This document shows, in pieces, positions 19,390-29,298 of a stretch of DNA of 64,000 nucleotides. The notes beneath the pieces are model-generated. The model was given only the letters and a program-made list of their open reading frames with translations, was not told the origin of the DNA and did no database searches. Made by a program: the position numbers and the translations under genes. Within the stretch, counting starts at the first letter, position 1. The number at the start of each line of letters is the position of its first letter. Where the stretch lies: positions 1,411-65,410 of the forward strand of contig DASVCV010000001.1 of the NCBI GenBank assembly GCA_036381415.1, given 5' to 3'. Origin of the DNA: Patescibacteria group bacterium (GTDB lineage: Bacteria > Patescibacteriota > Microgenomatia > UBA8517).

Positions 19390-20445
19390 ATGCGTAAAGA
19401 AGTTATATTAGCAATTGTAGCAGGAGGAATCTTAGGACTTGTCATTGCATTTGGAATTTGGAGAGCAAATGCTGCACTATCCCCTAAAGGCAAAGGAAAT
19501 GACCCTAAACCAACTCCAGTCGTATCTGTAGGTGATTTTAAAATTACAATTGCAAAGCCAGAGAATAACCAGGTCATTACAGAAACTCCAACAATTATTT
19601 CAGGAATAACTGCTGCTAATTCGTTTGTTGTTGTATCTAGCGAGGACGCTGACTATATAGCAACTTCTGATGGAAGCGGAGAGTTTGAAATAAAAACTGA
19701 ATTAAATGGCGGAGCAAACCAAATAAGAGTGGCTTCTTTTGATGAGAGTGGATCTAGTGCATTAGCAAAACTTCTTTTAGTTTATTCCAGTGAGTTTGCA
19801 AAGGAGTTAGAAAGTGCAACACCAAGTGCCACTCCAAGTGAAACTAATTCATCTGACTCTGCTGATTCAGTCAGGCAAAAGGTACAGGAGAAATTGAAAG
19901 TTGTAACATCCAATCCAACTTCTGCATTAGGAACAATCACAGACCTAACAGACAACACAATACAGATTAAAACCCAGACTGGAGAAATAGAACAAATATC
20001 ATTAGACAAAAATGATATTACATTTATTAAAACAACAAACAACTCAGTGCGCGAAGTCAAATTTAGCGATGTAGCAATTGGAGATTTTATAGTTGCAATG
20101 GGTTCAAAGAATGGAAATGGAATACTCCACGCAAAAAGAGTCTTAATTACAGATCCATTAAAAGAAACTAAAAGAGAAATAGTTTTTGGACAGGCTACAG
20201 ACTTAGCAAGGCTAAAATTAACACTTAAAAATCCTAAAGATGGAAAGAGTGTGAGTATGGAGCCTGACGATCAAATCAAAATTATTGACTTAGCAAATCC
20301 AGATAATCCCACCACCAGATTTAGCCAGATTGAAGAAGGAGATACTATTATTGGAATTGGAACAACCAGTGAGAACACATTTACTGCAAGAACTGTTATT
20401 GTTGCCAAAAATGGAGCTAAACCTACTCCTACTTCTAAATCTTAA
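19390..20445 (+). CDS. membrane-anchored extracytoplasmic protein with Ser/Thr/Pro linker, hypothetical
   Basis: N-terminal TM, SATPSATPSETNSSDS linker. No family assigned. Confidence 0.45.
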   Translation: MRKEVILAIVAGGILGLVIAFGIWRANAALSPKGKGNDPKPTPVVSVGDFKITIAKPENNQVITETPTIISGITAANSFVVVSSEDADYIATSDGSGEFEIKTELNGGANQIRVASFDESGSSALAKLLLVYSSEFAKELESATPSATPSETNSSDSADSVRQKVQEKLKVVTSNPTSALGTITDLTDNTIQIKTQTGEIEQISLDKNDITFIKTTNNSVREVKFSDVAIGDFIVAMGSKNGNGILHAKRVLITDPLKETKREIVFGQATDLARLKLTLKNPKDGKSVSMEPDDQIKIIDLANPDNPTTRFSQIEEGDTIIGIGTTSENTFTARTVIVAKNGAKPTPTSKS

Positions 20446-20489
20446 CTAATTTCTTCAAACTGGTTTTTTGACTTCAAAGAAGATATTAT

Positions 20490-21749
20490 ATGAGTAAGAT
20501 GAGCAAGCAAGATTTGCAAACACTTAAGGGTTTTAGAGACTTTTTGCCTTCTAAAATGGTTGTCCGTAATGAGGCCATAAGGAGGCTAAGGATTGTGTTT
20601 GAAAAATATGGATTTGAAGAACTTATAACCCCTGCTATTGAATCTCAAGGAGTGCTTCTTGGTAAATATGGAGAAGAAGCTGAAAAATTAATGTATCTTT
20701 TTGAGGACCAGGGAAAAAGAAAAGTCGGTTTGAGGTATGATCTTACTGTGCCACTTGCGCGTGTTGCTGCGACTTATCCAGATTTACCCAGACCTTTTAA
20801 GAGATATCAGATTCAGCCTGTTTGGCGAGCAGAAAACACTCAGAAAGGGCGCTATAGAGAATTTTATCAGTGTGATATTGATACAATCGGCTCAACATCT
20901 CCATTGGCTGATGCTGAAATATTAGCTGTTATTTATGAGTCCTTAGGGGCATTAGGATTTCCTTCTTTTGTAATTAAGATCAATTCAAGACAAGTGCTTT
21001 TTGAAAATCTCAAAAAGGCTGGAGTTAAGGAAAGTATGTGGCTTACTACCCTTTCTTCAATTGATAAGCTGGATAAAAAGACAAAAGAAGAAGTAGAAAA
21101 GGAATTAGAAAAGAAAGGACTTATGAAAGATGAAATTGAAAAAGTGTTTGCTAATTTTGAAAAGGCAGTTCCTGATGCATTTTTAGCAAGTGTCATGGAA
21201 TATGCAAATCAGATGGGAGTAAAGGATACAATTTTAAAGTTTGATCCTTATTTATCCCGCGGTCTTGACTACTACACAGGACCAATTTTTGAATCTGTTG
21301 TTACTGAGCCAAAGATTGGATCACTTACTGGCGGAGGAAGATATGACAAGCTTCTTAAAACTTTGGGTGGACCAGATCTTCCTGCAACGGGAACAACTAT
21401 TGGACTAGATAGAGTTTGTGATGTTGTAGAAGAATTAGATCTTTGGAAAGATATGAAAAAAACTACCACAAGTGTACTTGTAACAGTATTTTCCAAAGAA
21501 CTACTTTCAAAGTCACTTGAGATTGCAACAGTACTTAGGCAAAGCGGAGTAAATACTGAGGTATATCCTGAGGAAAATACGAAGCTAGAAAAACAACTTA
21601 AGTATGCTGATAAAAAGAATGTGAGCTGGGTTGTTATTATTGGCCCTAATGAAATAGAAGAGAATAAAGTTGTACTTAAGAATATGAGTGATAACACTCA
21701 AGAAATACTTGCCACTGATGAAGTCATTAAAAAACTTGAGAAACTTTAA
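20490..21749 (+). CDS. hisS: histidyl-tRNA synthetase
   Basis: LKGFRDFLP motif, class II core, C-terminal anticodon-binding domain. Confidence 0.9.
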   Translation: MSKMSKQDLQTLKGFRDFLPSKMVVRNEAIRRLRIVFEKYGFEELITPAIESQGVLLGKYGEEAEKLMYLFEDQGKRKVGLRYDLTVPLARVAATYPDLPRPFKRYQIQPVWRAENTQKGRYREFYQCDIDTIGSTSPLADAEILAVIYESLGALGFPSFVIKINSRQVLFENLKKAGVKESMWLTTLSSIDKLDKKTKEEVEKELEKKGLMKDEIEKVFANFEKAVPDAFLASVMEYANQMGVKDTILKFDPYLSRGLDYYTGPIFESVVTEPKIGSLTGGGRYDKLLKTLGGPDLPATGTTIGLDRVCDVVEELDLWKDMKKTTTSVLVTVFSKELLSKSLEIATVLRQSGVNTEVYPEENTKLEKQLKYADKKNVSWVVIIGPNEIEENKVVLKNMSDNTQEILATDEVIKKLEKL

Positions 21750-21758
21750 GCATTATAG

Positions 21759-22688
21759 ATGTCAAAACGCCGCCTTGCCGCCCTTTTTTTGTTTTTAGTA
21801 GTAACAATTATTTCAGCAGTTGCTGGAATTGTTATTAAATTTACTTTAAGTGGAATTTCTACTCTTCCCTTTTTAACTTACAGGTTTGCAATTTCATCAG
21901 TTGTTGCCATACCCTTTTTACTTTTTTACAAAAAGAGTTTTACTGGGCTAAGGCCTTTTAGCAAAAATGTTTCCACAATATTAGAGCTATTTATTTTTTC
22001 CTTTATCACTTCTACCCTTGCTCTTGGTCTTTTGTTTCTTGGTCTTGAAAAAACAACAGTCCTGGATATGACTCTTATTACCTCTATTGGTCCACTTGTA
22101 ATTGGAGCTGCTGGAGCAATGTATTTAAGAGAGCATATTACAAGCAGAGAAAAAGTTGGAATGGTCATAGCATTTTTGGGGACAGTTCTAGTTTTAGTTG
22201 AACCAATAATCAGGCTTCATGATGGAAAACATCAGGTTTTAGGAAATGTAATCCTAATCTTATATGTATTTTCAACGGCAGTTTCTGCGGTATTAGGCAA
22301 ACGCCTTCTTCAAAAAAGAGTAAGTCCAATAACTATGACAAACTCTATTTTCATAGTTGGGTTTTTGACAATTATTCCTGTAGCTTTATATACATATGGA
22401 TTGCCAAACCTTGTACAGACAGTTACTACTCTTTCCATGCCCTACCAACTGGGAGTTTTATTTATGGCACTAGTTTCAGGAAACTTAGCATACACTCTTG
22501 GAAATAAAGCACAAAAATCAATTGAGATTAGCGAAGCTTCGCTTTTTACATACTTAATACCAATTTTTACAGCTCCCCTGGCCATAGTGTTTTTGGGAGA
22601 AAAATTAACCCCAGTACTTATAGTTAGCTCTGTAATTGTACTGGCTGGGGTTGTAATTGCGGAATACAAGAAAAAAAGGTATAATTAG
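21759..22688 (+). CDS. EamA/DMT-family transporter
   Basis: Ten TM helices in two EamA-like halves. Confidence 0.7.
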   Translation: MSKRRLAALFLFLVVTIISAVAGIVIKFTLSGISTLPFLTYRFAISSVVAIPFLLFYKKSFTGLRPFSKNVSTILELFIFSFITSTLALGLLFLGLEKTTVLDMTLITSIGPLVIGAAGAMYLREHITSREKVGMVIAFLGTVLVLVEPIIRLHDGKHQVLGNVILILYVFSTAVSAVLGKRLLQKRVSPITMTNSIFIVGFLTIIPVALYTYGLPNLVQTVTTLSMPYQLGVLFMALVSGNLAYTLGNKAQKSIEISEASLFTYLIPIFTAPLAIVFLGEKLTPVLIVSSVIVLAGVVIAEYKKKRYN

Positions 22689-22692
22689 CCTC

Positions 22693-23010
22693 ATGCAAAC
22701 AAAGATTCACCCAAAATGGTATCCAGAAGCAAAGGTAACTTGTGCCTGTGGAAACACCTTTACAATTGGTGCAACAATGCCTGCGATCTCAGTTGAAATA
22801 TGCTCAAATTGTCATCCTTTCTACACTGGACAGATGAAATATTTAGGAGTTGCTGGACGTGTGGATGCCTTTAGAGCCAAGCAAAAAGGAGCTTCCAAGA
22901 AAGTACTTTCAAAGAGTGCAAGGCGTGAAGAGAAAAGAAAGAAAAGATTAGAGGCAGATTTGGAAAGACCAGAATCACTTGCTCAACTTCGCAAAAAGAC
23001 AAGCCACTAA
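22693..23010 (+). CDS. rpmE: 50S ribosomal protein L31 with about 35-aa Lys/Arg/Glu-rich C-terminal extension
   Basis: MQTKIHPKWY...CACGN...CSNCHPFYTG zinc-ribbon L31 core. Confidence 0.85.
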   Translation: MQTKIHPKWYPEAKVTCACGNTFTIGATMPAISVEICSNCHPFYTGQMKYLGVAGRVDAFRAKQKGASKKVLSKSARREEKRKKRLEADLERPESLAQLRKKTSH

Positions 23011-23727
23011 ATGGATAAGCAAAGCTTGGCCAGCCCGGCTGGTAATCAAATAGCCTACCTTGAAATCCGCGGTGCTACAGGCGGAGATGAAGCCAAATTA
23101 TGGGGAAGAGACTTGCTTAGGATGTACCTTCGTTTTGCTGTTAAAAAAGGTTGGAAAACAGAGTTGGTTGCTGAAAATACTATCAGATTTAGCGGATTGG
23201 GTGTTTTTGATGCTTTACAAAATGAATCAGGAGTTCATAGAGTACAAAGAGTTCCTACTACTGAAAAAAGAGGAAGAATTCATACTTCTACTGCTACTGT
23301 AGTAGTGTTACCTGAAATTAAGGAAAGTGATGTTACTATTAGGCCTGAGGATTTAGAGTGGCAGTTTTTTAGAGCTGGTTCACAAGGGGGTCAAAATGTT
23401 AATAAAGTTTCAACTGCTGTAAGACTTACTCATAGACCAAGTGGTCTTGTTGTTACTGCTCAAACTGAGAGGTTTCAGGAACAAAATAGAAAGATAGCCC
23501 TAGACTTACTTAGATCCCGACTTTGGGAAAAAGCAGAAGCTGAAAAAGAAAAAACAGTTGCAGGATACAGAACTGCAGTGGGGCGCGGAATGAGATCTGA
23601 GAAAATTAGAACATATAATTTTCCTCAGAACAGAGTTACAGATCACAGAATTGGAAAGTCTTGGGGAAACCTGGATGCAGTTGTTGATGGAGACCTATCA
23701 AGAATTGTTGATTTTAAAAAAGAGTAA
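23011..23727 (+). CDS. prfA: class-I peptide chain release factor, RF1-like, lacking N-terminal domain 1
   Basis: Matches RF1 from about residue 100: YLEIRGATGGDEA, codon-reading PTT (PxT-like), GGQ motif, C-terminal TYNFPQNRVTDHRI. Confidence 0.8.
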   Translation: MDKQSLASPAGNQIAYLEIRGATGGDEAKLWGRDLLRMYLRFAVKKGWKTELVAENTIRFSGLGVFDALQNESGVHRVQRVPTTEKRGRIHTSTATVVVLPEIKESDVTIRPEDLEWQFFRAGSQGGQNVNKVSTAVRLTHRPSGLVVTAQTERFQEQNRKIALDLLRSRLWEKAEAEKEKTVAGYRTAVGRGMRSEKIRTYNFPQNRVTDHRIGKSWGNLDAVVDGDLSRIVDFKKE

Positions 23728-24142
23728 TATACCCTTTTGAGTCAACTCTCAAAACAATGTTGGCAGAATCTAGAACAAGCGTTTCTTTTTCTACTTCAAA
23801 ACCAGTTATACCCTTAATAGAACCTGCTAAGCTTTTTTCTAAGTATGGGTCTTTCTTAAAAAAGGAAGTGTTAAATCCTAAATTAACATAGTCATCAAAG
23901 CCATCACTTTCAATAGTCAGCGTTGTAGTTCCTTCAGGAGTTTTCCAGGTAATTTTAAAGCCTTGATTGGATGTTTCTTCGATAGTTGCATCTTTGACAA
24001 TTCTAGCCAAGTCTCTATCATTTTCAAATACTGGAATGTTATCAAAATTTTGACTTAACAGGAGGTCGAAAGCTTCCATTCCCTTACTTATATCTTCATC
24101 AGTTAATATTTCATGTATTTCTTCTTTAATTTCTTTTGCCAC
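23714..24142 (-). CDS. hypothetical protein
   Basis: ORF only. Confidence 0.4.
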   Translation of the reverse strand: MAKEIKEEIHEILTDEDISKGMEAFDLLLSQNFDNIPVFENDRDLARIVKDATIEETSNQGFKITWKTPEGTTTLTIESDGFDDYVNLGFNTSFFKKDPYLEKSLAGSIKGITGFEVEKETLVLDSANIVLRVDSKGYITLF

Positions 24143-24314
24143 TTAGGATATTTTACATAGACTCCTAAAATTGTCAATTATTTATGCTTTCAAAAATATT
24201 TCATTCCTATGATAAAATAGCTGTTTATGGAAAGGAAACAGGATCAAAATCTATACAATGTTCTCTTTTGTATTGTAATATGCAGTAAAGGTTTGAAACC
24301 TCTTTTTAGAGAAA

Positions 24315-25478
24315 TTATTGAGCAGCTTCAGACAAAGAAGCAGTGATGTTTATAGTATCCCCATTTCTCCAGATTTGAAGATTTACTTTATCTCCTGGAG
24401 ATTTTTGGGTAACAATGGAAGCTAGTCCTCCGTTTGTATCTTTAATATCATTGTTATCTATCTTTGTAATAATGTCTTGAATTTGAACCCCAGCTTTATC
24501 TGCAGGAGAGGCTGGGACAATATTTGTTACATATGCTCCTTGAGGAACGTTGTTCATGATTGCAGTTTGTTGAGGAATCATTTGATATTCAACTCCAAGA
24601 AATGCCTTGGAAGGAAACTTACCTGTAGTTTCAAATTGCTTTAAAGCATCTTTAACAGTATTTATGGGGATTGCAAATCCAATATTTTGAGCTCCTTGGG
24701 CAACTGCTACATTAATGCCAATAACTTGGCCGGCTGAATTTAATAGAGGTCCCCCAGAGTTTCCTGGATTAATTGCTGCATCTGTTTGAATGACATTATC
24801 AAGACGTTCTACATAGCCTTCAAGCGGACTTCCTGCACTAATTCCTCGACCTAAACCTGAAACAACACCTGTAGTTACTGTATGCCTAAATTCACCTAAT
24901 GCAGTTCCAATAGCAATTGCTAACTGCCCTACTTTTAGATTTGAAGAATCACCAATTTCAATCGGAGTAAGAGGTGCTCCAACTGCAGGAGTTATTTTGA
25001 GAATTGCTATGTCGTTTGATGGATCTCTACTTATTTTATCTACTTTATATTCCTTCCCATCTTTAGTTATAACCTGATAAGTGCCAGTTGTATCTGCTAC
25101 AACGTGTTTATTGGTTACAATGAGTCCATCTTTTGAAACTACAAATCCACTTCCTATATCTTCCGGAGTTCCTCCCTGGGTCTGAGATTCAAATCCTCCA
25201 AAAGGACTAAATGAAAGGACTTTTCTTTGTGGCTGCTGAATTGAAACTGTGACAACTGATGGAGAAACTTTTTGTGTAACATCAATTACTACTGATTCTT
25301 CTGAAAGTATCTTTTGCTCTCGGCCAAGATTTGTTATTCTTCCACTAGCTCCAAACAATACATCAAGAGGTTTTATGGAAAAGAGTCTGTCTGCAATTGC
25401 ACCACCAGTTAAAGCTGCTATAAGGATAATTAAACCAGCTACTATAATTAAGATCTTTTTAATGTTAGGCCTTGTCAT
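24315..25478 (-). CDS. HtrA/DegP-family serine protease with PDZ domain
   Basis: Trypsin-like TNKHVV...D...GNSGGPL catalytic triad region and a C-terminal PDZ. Confidence 0.85.
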   Translation of the reverse strand: MTRPNIKKILIIVAGLIILIAALTGGAIADRLFSIKPLDVLFGASGRITNLGREQKILSEESVVIDVTQKVSPSVVTVSIQQPQRKVLSFSPFGGFESQTQGGTPEDIGSGFVVSKDGLIVTNKHVVADTTGTYQVITKDGKEYKVDKISRDPSNDIAILKITPAVGAPLTPIEIGDSSNLKVGQLAIAIGTALGEFRHTVTTGVVSGLGRGISAGSPLEGYVERLDNVIQTDAAINPGNSGGPLLNSAGQVIGINVAVAQGAQNIGFAIPINTVKDALKQFETTGKFPSKAFLGVEYQMIPQQTAIMNNVPQGAYVTNIVPASPADKAGVQIQDIITKIDNNDIKDTNGGLASIVTQKSPGDKVNLQIWRNGDTINITASLSEAAQ

Positions 25479-25526
25479 TAAAAATAATATATTTAATTTG
25501 TCTGAGAAAATGCTGAAAGCAATTGT

Positions 25527-26774
25527 TTAGAACTGAGATTTTAAGACTTCAATTGCTTTTTGTAGTTGAACGTCATCTTTTGAGTTTGGATCTTCTTTAA
25601 CTTCAATATCAGGATCCAATCCTTTTTCATTTACCCAAGTCCCATTTGGAGTGAGCCATTTTGCAATTGTTATGTGGAGTCCTGATCCACCAGGTAAATC
25701 TTGAGGTTCTTGTATTGTTCCTTTTCCAAAGGTCTTTTCTCCAATTAGGGAAATTTTTCTGTCATCTCTTAAAGCACCTGCAAGTATTTCAGAGGCTGAG
25801 GCAGATCCTCCATTTACCAAAACTACAACTTTTGCATTTAAGAATGCACCAGTATCTTTAGTTGTGTTATATGGAGTTTTGTCGTTTCCGCCTTTGTCTT
25901 CAATGACTGCAACAGAACCGCGTGGTAAAAATTCACCTGCTAAATCAACTGCAGCTTGGAGATATCCACCTGGGTTATTTCTTAAATCAAGTATTATTCC
26001 TTTTACATTTTTAGAATTTATCTGGCTGACAGCTTTTTGCCATTCTGTTGTTGTTTCTCCACCAAACTTAAAAAGTTTTATTTGGGCAATTGATTCGTTG
26101 TCTCCTACATAGCTTACTGATACTGAAGGAACATTGATTTTTTCTCTGACCAAATCTACTGTGAATGGTTTGTCTGTACCAGTTCTTAAAATGGCTAGAG
26201 TAATTTTAGTTCCTGCTTCACCTCTAATTGCCTCAACTGCTTCAGGAAGAGTCATGTCAGTAGTAGACTTGTTTATTTTTTTATTATCATCTTTAATAGC
26301 TACAATTAAATCTCCTCCTTTAAGTCCCGCTTTTTCAGCTGGAGTTCCAGGAAGCGGAGACATTACTGCAAGATTTGTTCCTTTGTAGCCAATTTGAATT
26401 CCGACTCCTGAAAAGTTCCCTTGAAGATCTTCCTGGGAAATTTTATTGTCAGAAGGAGGAAGAAAAAGAGTGTATGGGTCCCCTACTGCACTAACCATTC
26501 CTTTAATAGCACCATAGACTAAATTAGCTGGTTGGACTTTTGATTTGTCATAGTAGGAGGAATTGATGGTATCCCAAACTTGCCAGAATAATGAAAAGTC
26601 GAGGTTTCTAACAGGGACTGTTCTTGAAACTGTAACTTTAGGAGTAGAAGATCCAGTTAATGGTTCAATTCTTAAACCTGAATATCCAATTTTATAGCCT
26701 AAAGCAAATGTAACTAAAAAAAGAAAAAGAGAAATAACAATTTTTCTTGCGGTAGGCAAAGAGATTTTAACCAT
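25527..26774 (-). CDS. carboxyl-terminal processing protease (S41 family)
   Basis: PDZ domain plus LDLRNNPGG S41 motif. Confidence 0.85.
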   Translation of the reverse strand: MVKISLPTARKIVISLFLFLVTFALGYKIGYSGLRIEPLTGSSTPKVTVSRTVPVRNLDFSLFWQVWDTINSSYYDKSKVQPANLVYGAIKGMVSAVGDPYTLFLPPSDNKISQEDLQGNFSGVGIQIGYKGTNLAVMSPLPGTPAEKAGLKGGDLIVAIKDDNKKINKSTTDMTLPEAVEAIRGEAGTKITLAILRTGTDKPFTVDLVREKINVPSVSVSYVGDNESIAQIKLFKFGGETTTEWQKAVSQINSKNVKGIILDLRNNPGGYLQAAVDLAGEFLPRGSVAVIEDKGGNDKTPYNTTKDTGAFLNAKVVVLVNGGSASASEILAGALRDDRKISLIGEKTFGKGTIQEPQDLPGGSGLHITIAKWLTPNGTWVNEKGLDPDIEVKEDPNSKDDVQLQKAIEVLKSQF

Positions 26775-26842
26775 CTATATATTCTAGCTTATTTATACTA
26801 AACGGCAAGATTATCTTTAGACTTAAGTTATTAAGTTAAACT

Positions 26843-27088
26843 TTAAAGGTTTCCTTTAAAAGGAAGAAGTCCTAAATGCCTTGCTCTTTTAACTGCTTGA
26901 GATGTACGTCTTTGGTGCTTGGCACAAAGACCTGAGCGGGATCTTCCTAGAAGTCTTGCTCTGTCTGTAACAAATTTAGCTATTTCATCAGTTGCTAAAT
27001 AATCTGGAGTTTTACCTGTTTCACAGAAATAGCAGACATTTGAAATTGGTCTTCTGTTTACTTTTCTTCTTGTTTGTTTTTTAGGCAT
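26843..27088 (-). CDS. rpsR: 30S ribosomal protein S18
   Basis: CYFC...DYLATDEI...RLTGL-like S18 core. Confidence 0.9.
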   Translation of the reverse strand: MPKKQTRRKVNRRPISNVCYFCETGKTPDYLATDEIAKFVTDRARLLGRSRSGLCAKHQRRTSQAVKRARHLGLLPFKGNL

Positions 27089-27117
27089 ATATTTATTACT
27101 TAATTAATTTAAATTTC

Positions 27118-27618
27118 TTAAAAAGGTATATCTTCATCTGAGATATCATCTACTGTTTGCTTTTTGCTTTCTTCTTTTTTGGCTGGTTTTTCAGCTTTTG
27201 CTTTGTGTGGCTGTGGAACTTGTGATTCCTCTCCTACATTAGAAGCTACCCCAAGGTCTTCTGGAACACCTAAGTCATCTGATCTTCTGCCATCTAATAC
27301 AAGCATATCTGAAATTACTATTTCAGTTGTTGTTCTTTGGGCTCCATCTTGTCCTTGCCAATTTCTTGTTTGAAGACGTCCTTCAACATATGTTCTACTT
27401 CCCTTTTTAAGCATTTTGCTGCAGATTTCAGCTAATTTATCCCAGGCAACTATTCTATGGAATTCTGCTTCATCTTTCTGATCTCCGCTTTCTGTCTTCC
27501 ATTGTCTATTTGTTGCAATTGAGAATGTACAAACTGCAGTTCCTGAAGGAGTGTAGCGTAATTCTGGATCACGGGTTAAATTCCCAATAATTAAAACTTT
27601 ATTTAGACTTCTTGCCAT
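27118..27618 (-). CDS. ssb: single-stranded DNA-binding protein
   Basis: OB-fold N-terminus and acidic C-terminal DDIPF tail. Confidence 0.95.
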   Translation of the reverse strand: MARSLNKVLIIGNLTRDPELRYTPSGTAVCTFSIATNRQWKTESGDQKDEAEFHRIVAWDKLAEICSKMLKKGSRTYVEGRLQTRNWQGQDGAQRTTTEIVISDMLVLDGRRSDDLGVPEDLGVASNVGEESQVPQPHKAKAEKPAKKEESKKQTVDDISDEDIPF

Positions 27619-27928
27619 TTGTTTTGCCTTTCTTAACTTTAGGTTCTTCGGTTCTTACCAATAAGTACCTTAAAAGATTATCATCAAGATTGAGTTTTGA
27701 CAATAAACCTTTTGTGCCTATTCCTTCTAAACTTAGCTTCAAATTAAGAAAATAACCAGTATTTGCCTTCTTAATAGTATAGGCTAGCTCTTTCTCTCCT
27801 AATTCTTCTATTTTGTCTACTTTTCCTTTAAAACTTGCAACAAGCTTTTCAAGGCTTTCGGTAACAGATTTTCTCTTGGCAGGAGTTAATTTCCCGTCAA
27901 CTACTACTGTTAATGTGTAATTATTCAT
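27599..27928 (-). CDS. rpsF: 30S ribosomal protein S6
   Basis: S6 fold. Conserved rpsF-ssb-rpsR gene order. Confidence 0.85.
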   Translation of the reverse strand: MNNYTLTVVVDGKLTPAKRKSVTESLEKLVASFKGKVDKIEELGEKELAYTIKKANTGYFLNLKLSLEGIGTKGLLSKLNLDDNLLRYLLVRTEEPKVKKGKTNGKKSK

Positions 27929-28001
27929 TGTAGGGACAAGTATATCATGCTAGCCTCATTTTGATCAATACACAGGGTTTTGGAAATGGTATTATAAAAA
28001 G

Positions 28002-28283
28002 ATGGCATTTTTAGGCAAAGAAGGTACGCTTGCTTGTTCAGAAAACTGCTTTTTAAGAAAAAGCTTTGGAGAAGAAAGATGCAAGGCAGGCTTTTCCATA
28101 GGGGCAAAAGATTGCAGATTCAACGGCCGGATGCTTAGAGACGCCATTAAGGACAACTATGAGGCAGATGTAAAAATAGAAATAGGTCCTTTAGGGGTAG
28201 TTTTTGTATCTAGGGGTGGTGTGACAGCAGTAATGAATGATGGTACTTTTACTATAATTGACAGCTCTAACTTCCAATCTTAA
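28002..28283 (+). CDS. possible small Cys-rich protein in the rpsF upstream region (uncertain)
   Basis: 93-aa ORF with CSENC...C...C. Convergent with ychF and overlapping its 3' end. No homology recognised. Confidence 0.25.
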   Translation: MAFLGKEGTLACSENCFLRKSFGEERCKAGFSIGAKDCRFNGRMLRDAIKDNYEADVKIEIGPLGVVFVSRGGVTAVMNDGTFTIIDSSNFQS

Positions 28284-29271
28284 ATTCAATTACATCTCCA
28301 TCTTTGACTAAATAGTCTCTCCCCTCACTTCTTACCTTTCCTTTCTCTCTGGCATTTTTCCAACCTCCTACTTCTACAAAATCTTTAAAATCTATAACAT
28401 CAGCTTTAATAAATTTTTTAATAAAATCAGTGTGAATTACGCCGGCTGCATTTTGTGCATCAATGCCATTAGGAATTGTCCAGGCACGGACTTCTTTGAC
28501 ACCAGCTGTTAGAAATGTGATTAGTCCCAGGGTTTCAAAGGCTTTTTTGGTTAGTCTTTCAAGACCTGATTCCTTAATTCCTAAATCATCCATATATGTT
28601 TTTTGGTCAGATTCATTTAAATCAGACAATTCTGACTCAATTTTGGCTGATATTGCAATTACTTGATCAGTTTTTAGTCCTAACTTTTGGGCATATTCAA
28701 TCTCTATTTTGGTTGCATCCTTTAAATCAGACTCAGAAACATTTAAAACAACAAGAATTGGTTTCTTTGAAAAAAGCGGAAGACTCTCTTCATCAATTTT
28801 GTCTTTCTTTTTGGTTTTGTGTTTTTCAACCATTTCAAAATCAGCTAAGTCCAGTTCTGTTTTTACTCTCTCAAAATCAGATTTTGGGTCAATACTTCCT
28901 TCTTTAATAATGTCAGTATCAGCAAAAAATCTAACTACATGACAGATTGCATCTACTTCACGGATGTGAGAAAGGAATTTATTTCCCAATCCTTCCCCTT
29001 TATGAGCTCCTGCTATAAGTCCTGCAATATCTACAAATTCAACAGTTGCGGCAACTTCAGGAGGAAATGAATTCATTCCTTCTGATTCTTTAATGGTTTT
29101 GGCAAGGGATGCAAGTCTTGCATCAGGGACTGGGACAACTCCAACATTTGGTTCAATGGTTGCAAAAGGAAAGTTGGCAACATATGCCTGCTGTCTTTTA
29201 AGGAGTGCATTAAACAGAGTGCTTTTACCTACATTTGGAAGACCTACAATTCCTACTTTTAAAGATGACAT
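28267..29271 (-). CDS. ychF: ribosome-binding ATPase YchF
   Basis: VGIVGLPNVGKSTLFNALL P-loop. C-terminal TGS-like VRAWTIPNG...IHTDF. Confidence 0.9.
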   Translation of the reverse strand: MSSLKVGIVGLPNVGKSTLFNALLKRQQAYVANFPFATIEPNVGVVPVPDARLASLAKTIKESEGMNSFPPEVAATVEFVDIAGLIAGAHKGEGLGNKFLSHIREVDAICHVVRFFADTDIIKEGSIDPKSDFERVKTELDLADFEMVEKHKTKKKDKIDEESLPLFSKKPILVVLNVSESDLKDATKIEIEYAQKLGLKTDQVIAISAKIESELSDLNESDQKTYMDDLGIKESGLERLTKKAFETLGLITFLTAGVKEVRAWTIPNGIDAQNAAGVIHTDFIKKFIKADVIDFKDFVEVGGWKNAREKGKVRSEGRDYLVKDGDVIEFKIGS

Positions 29272-29298
29272 ATAGATATTATAACAAAAGATTTGCTA

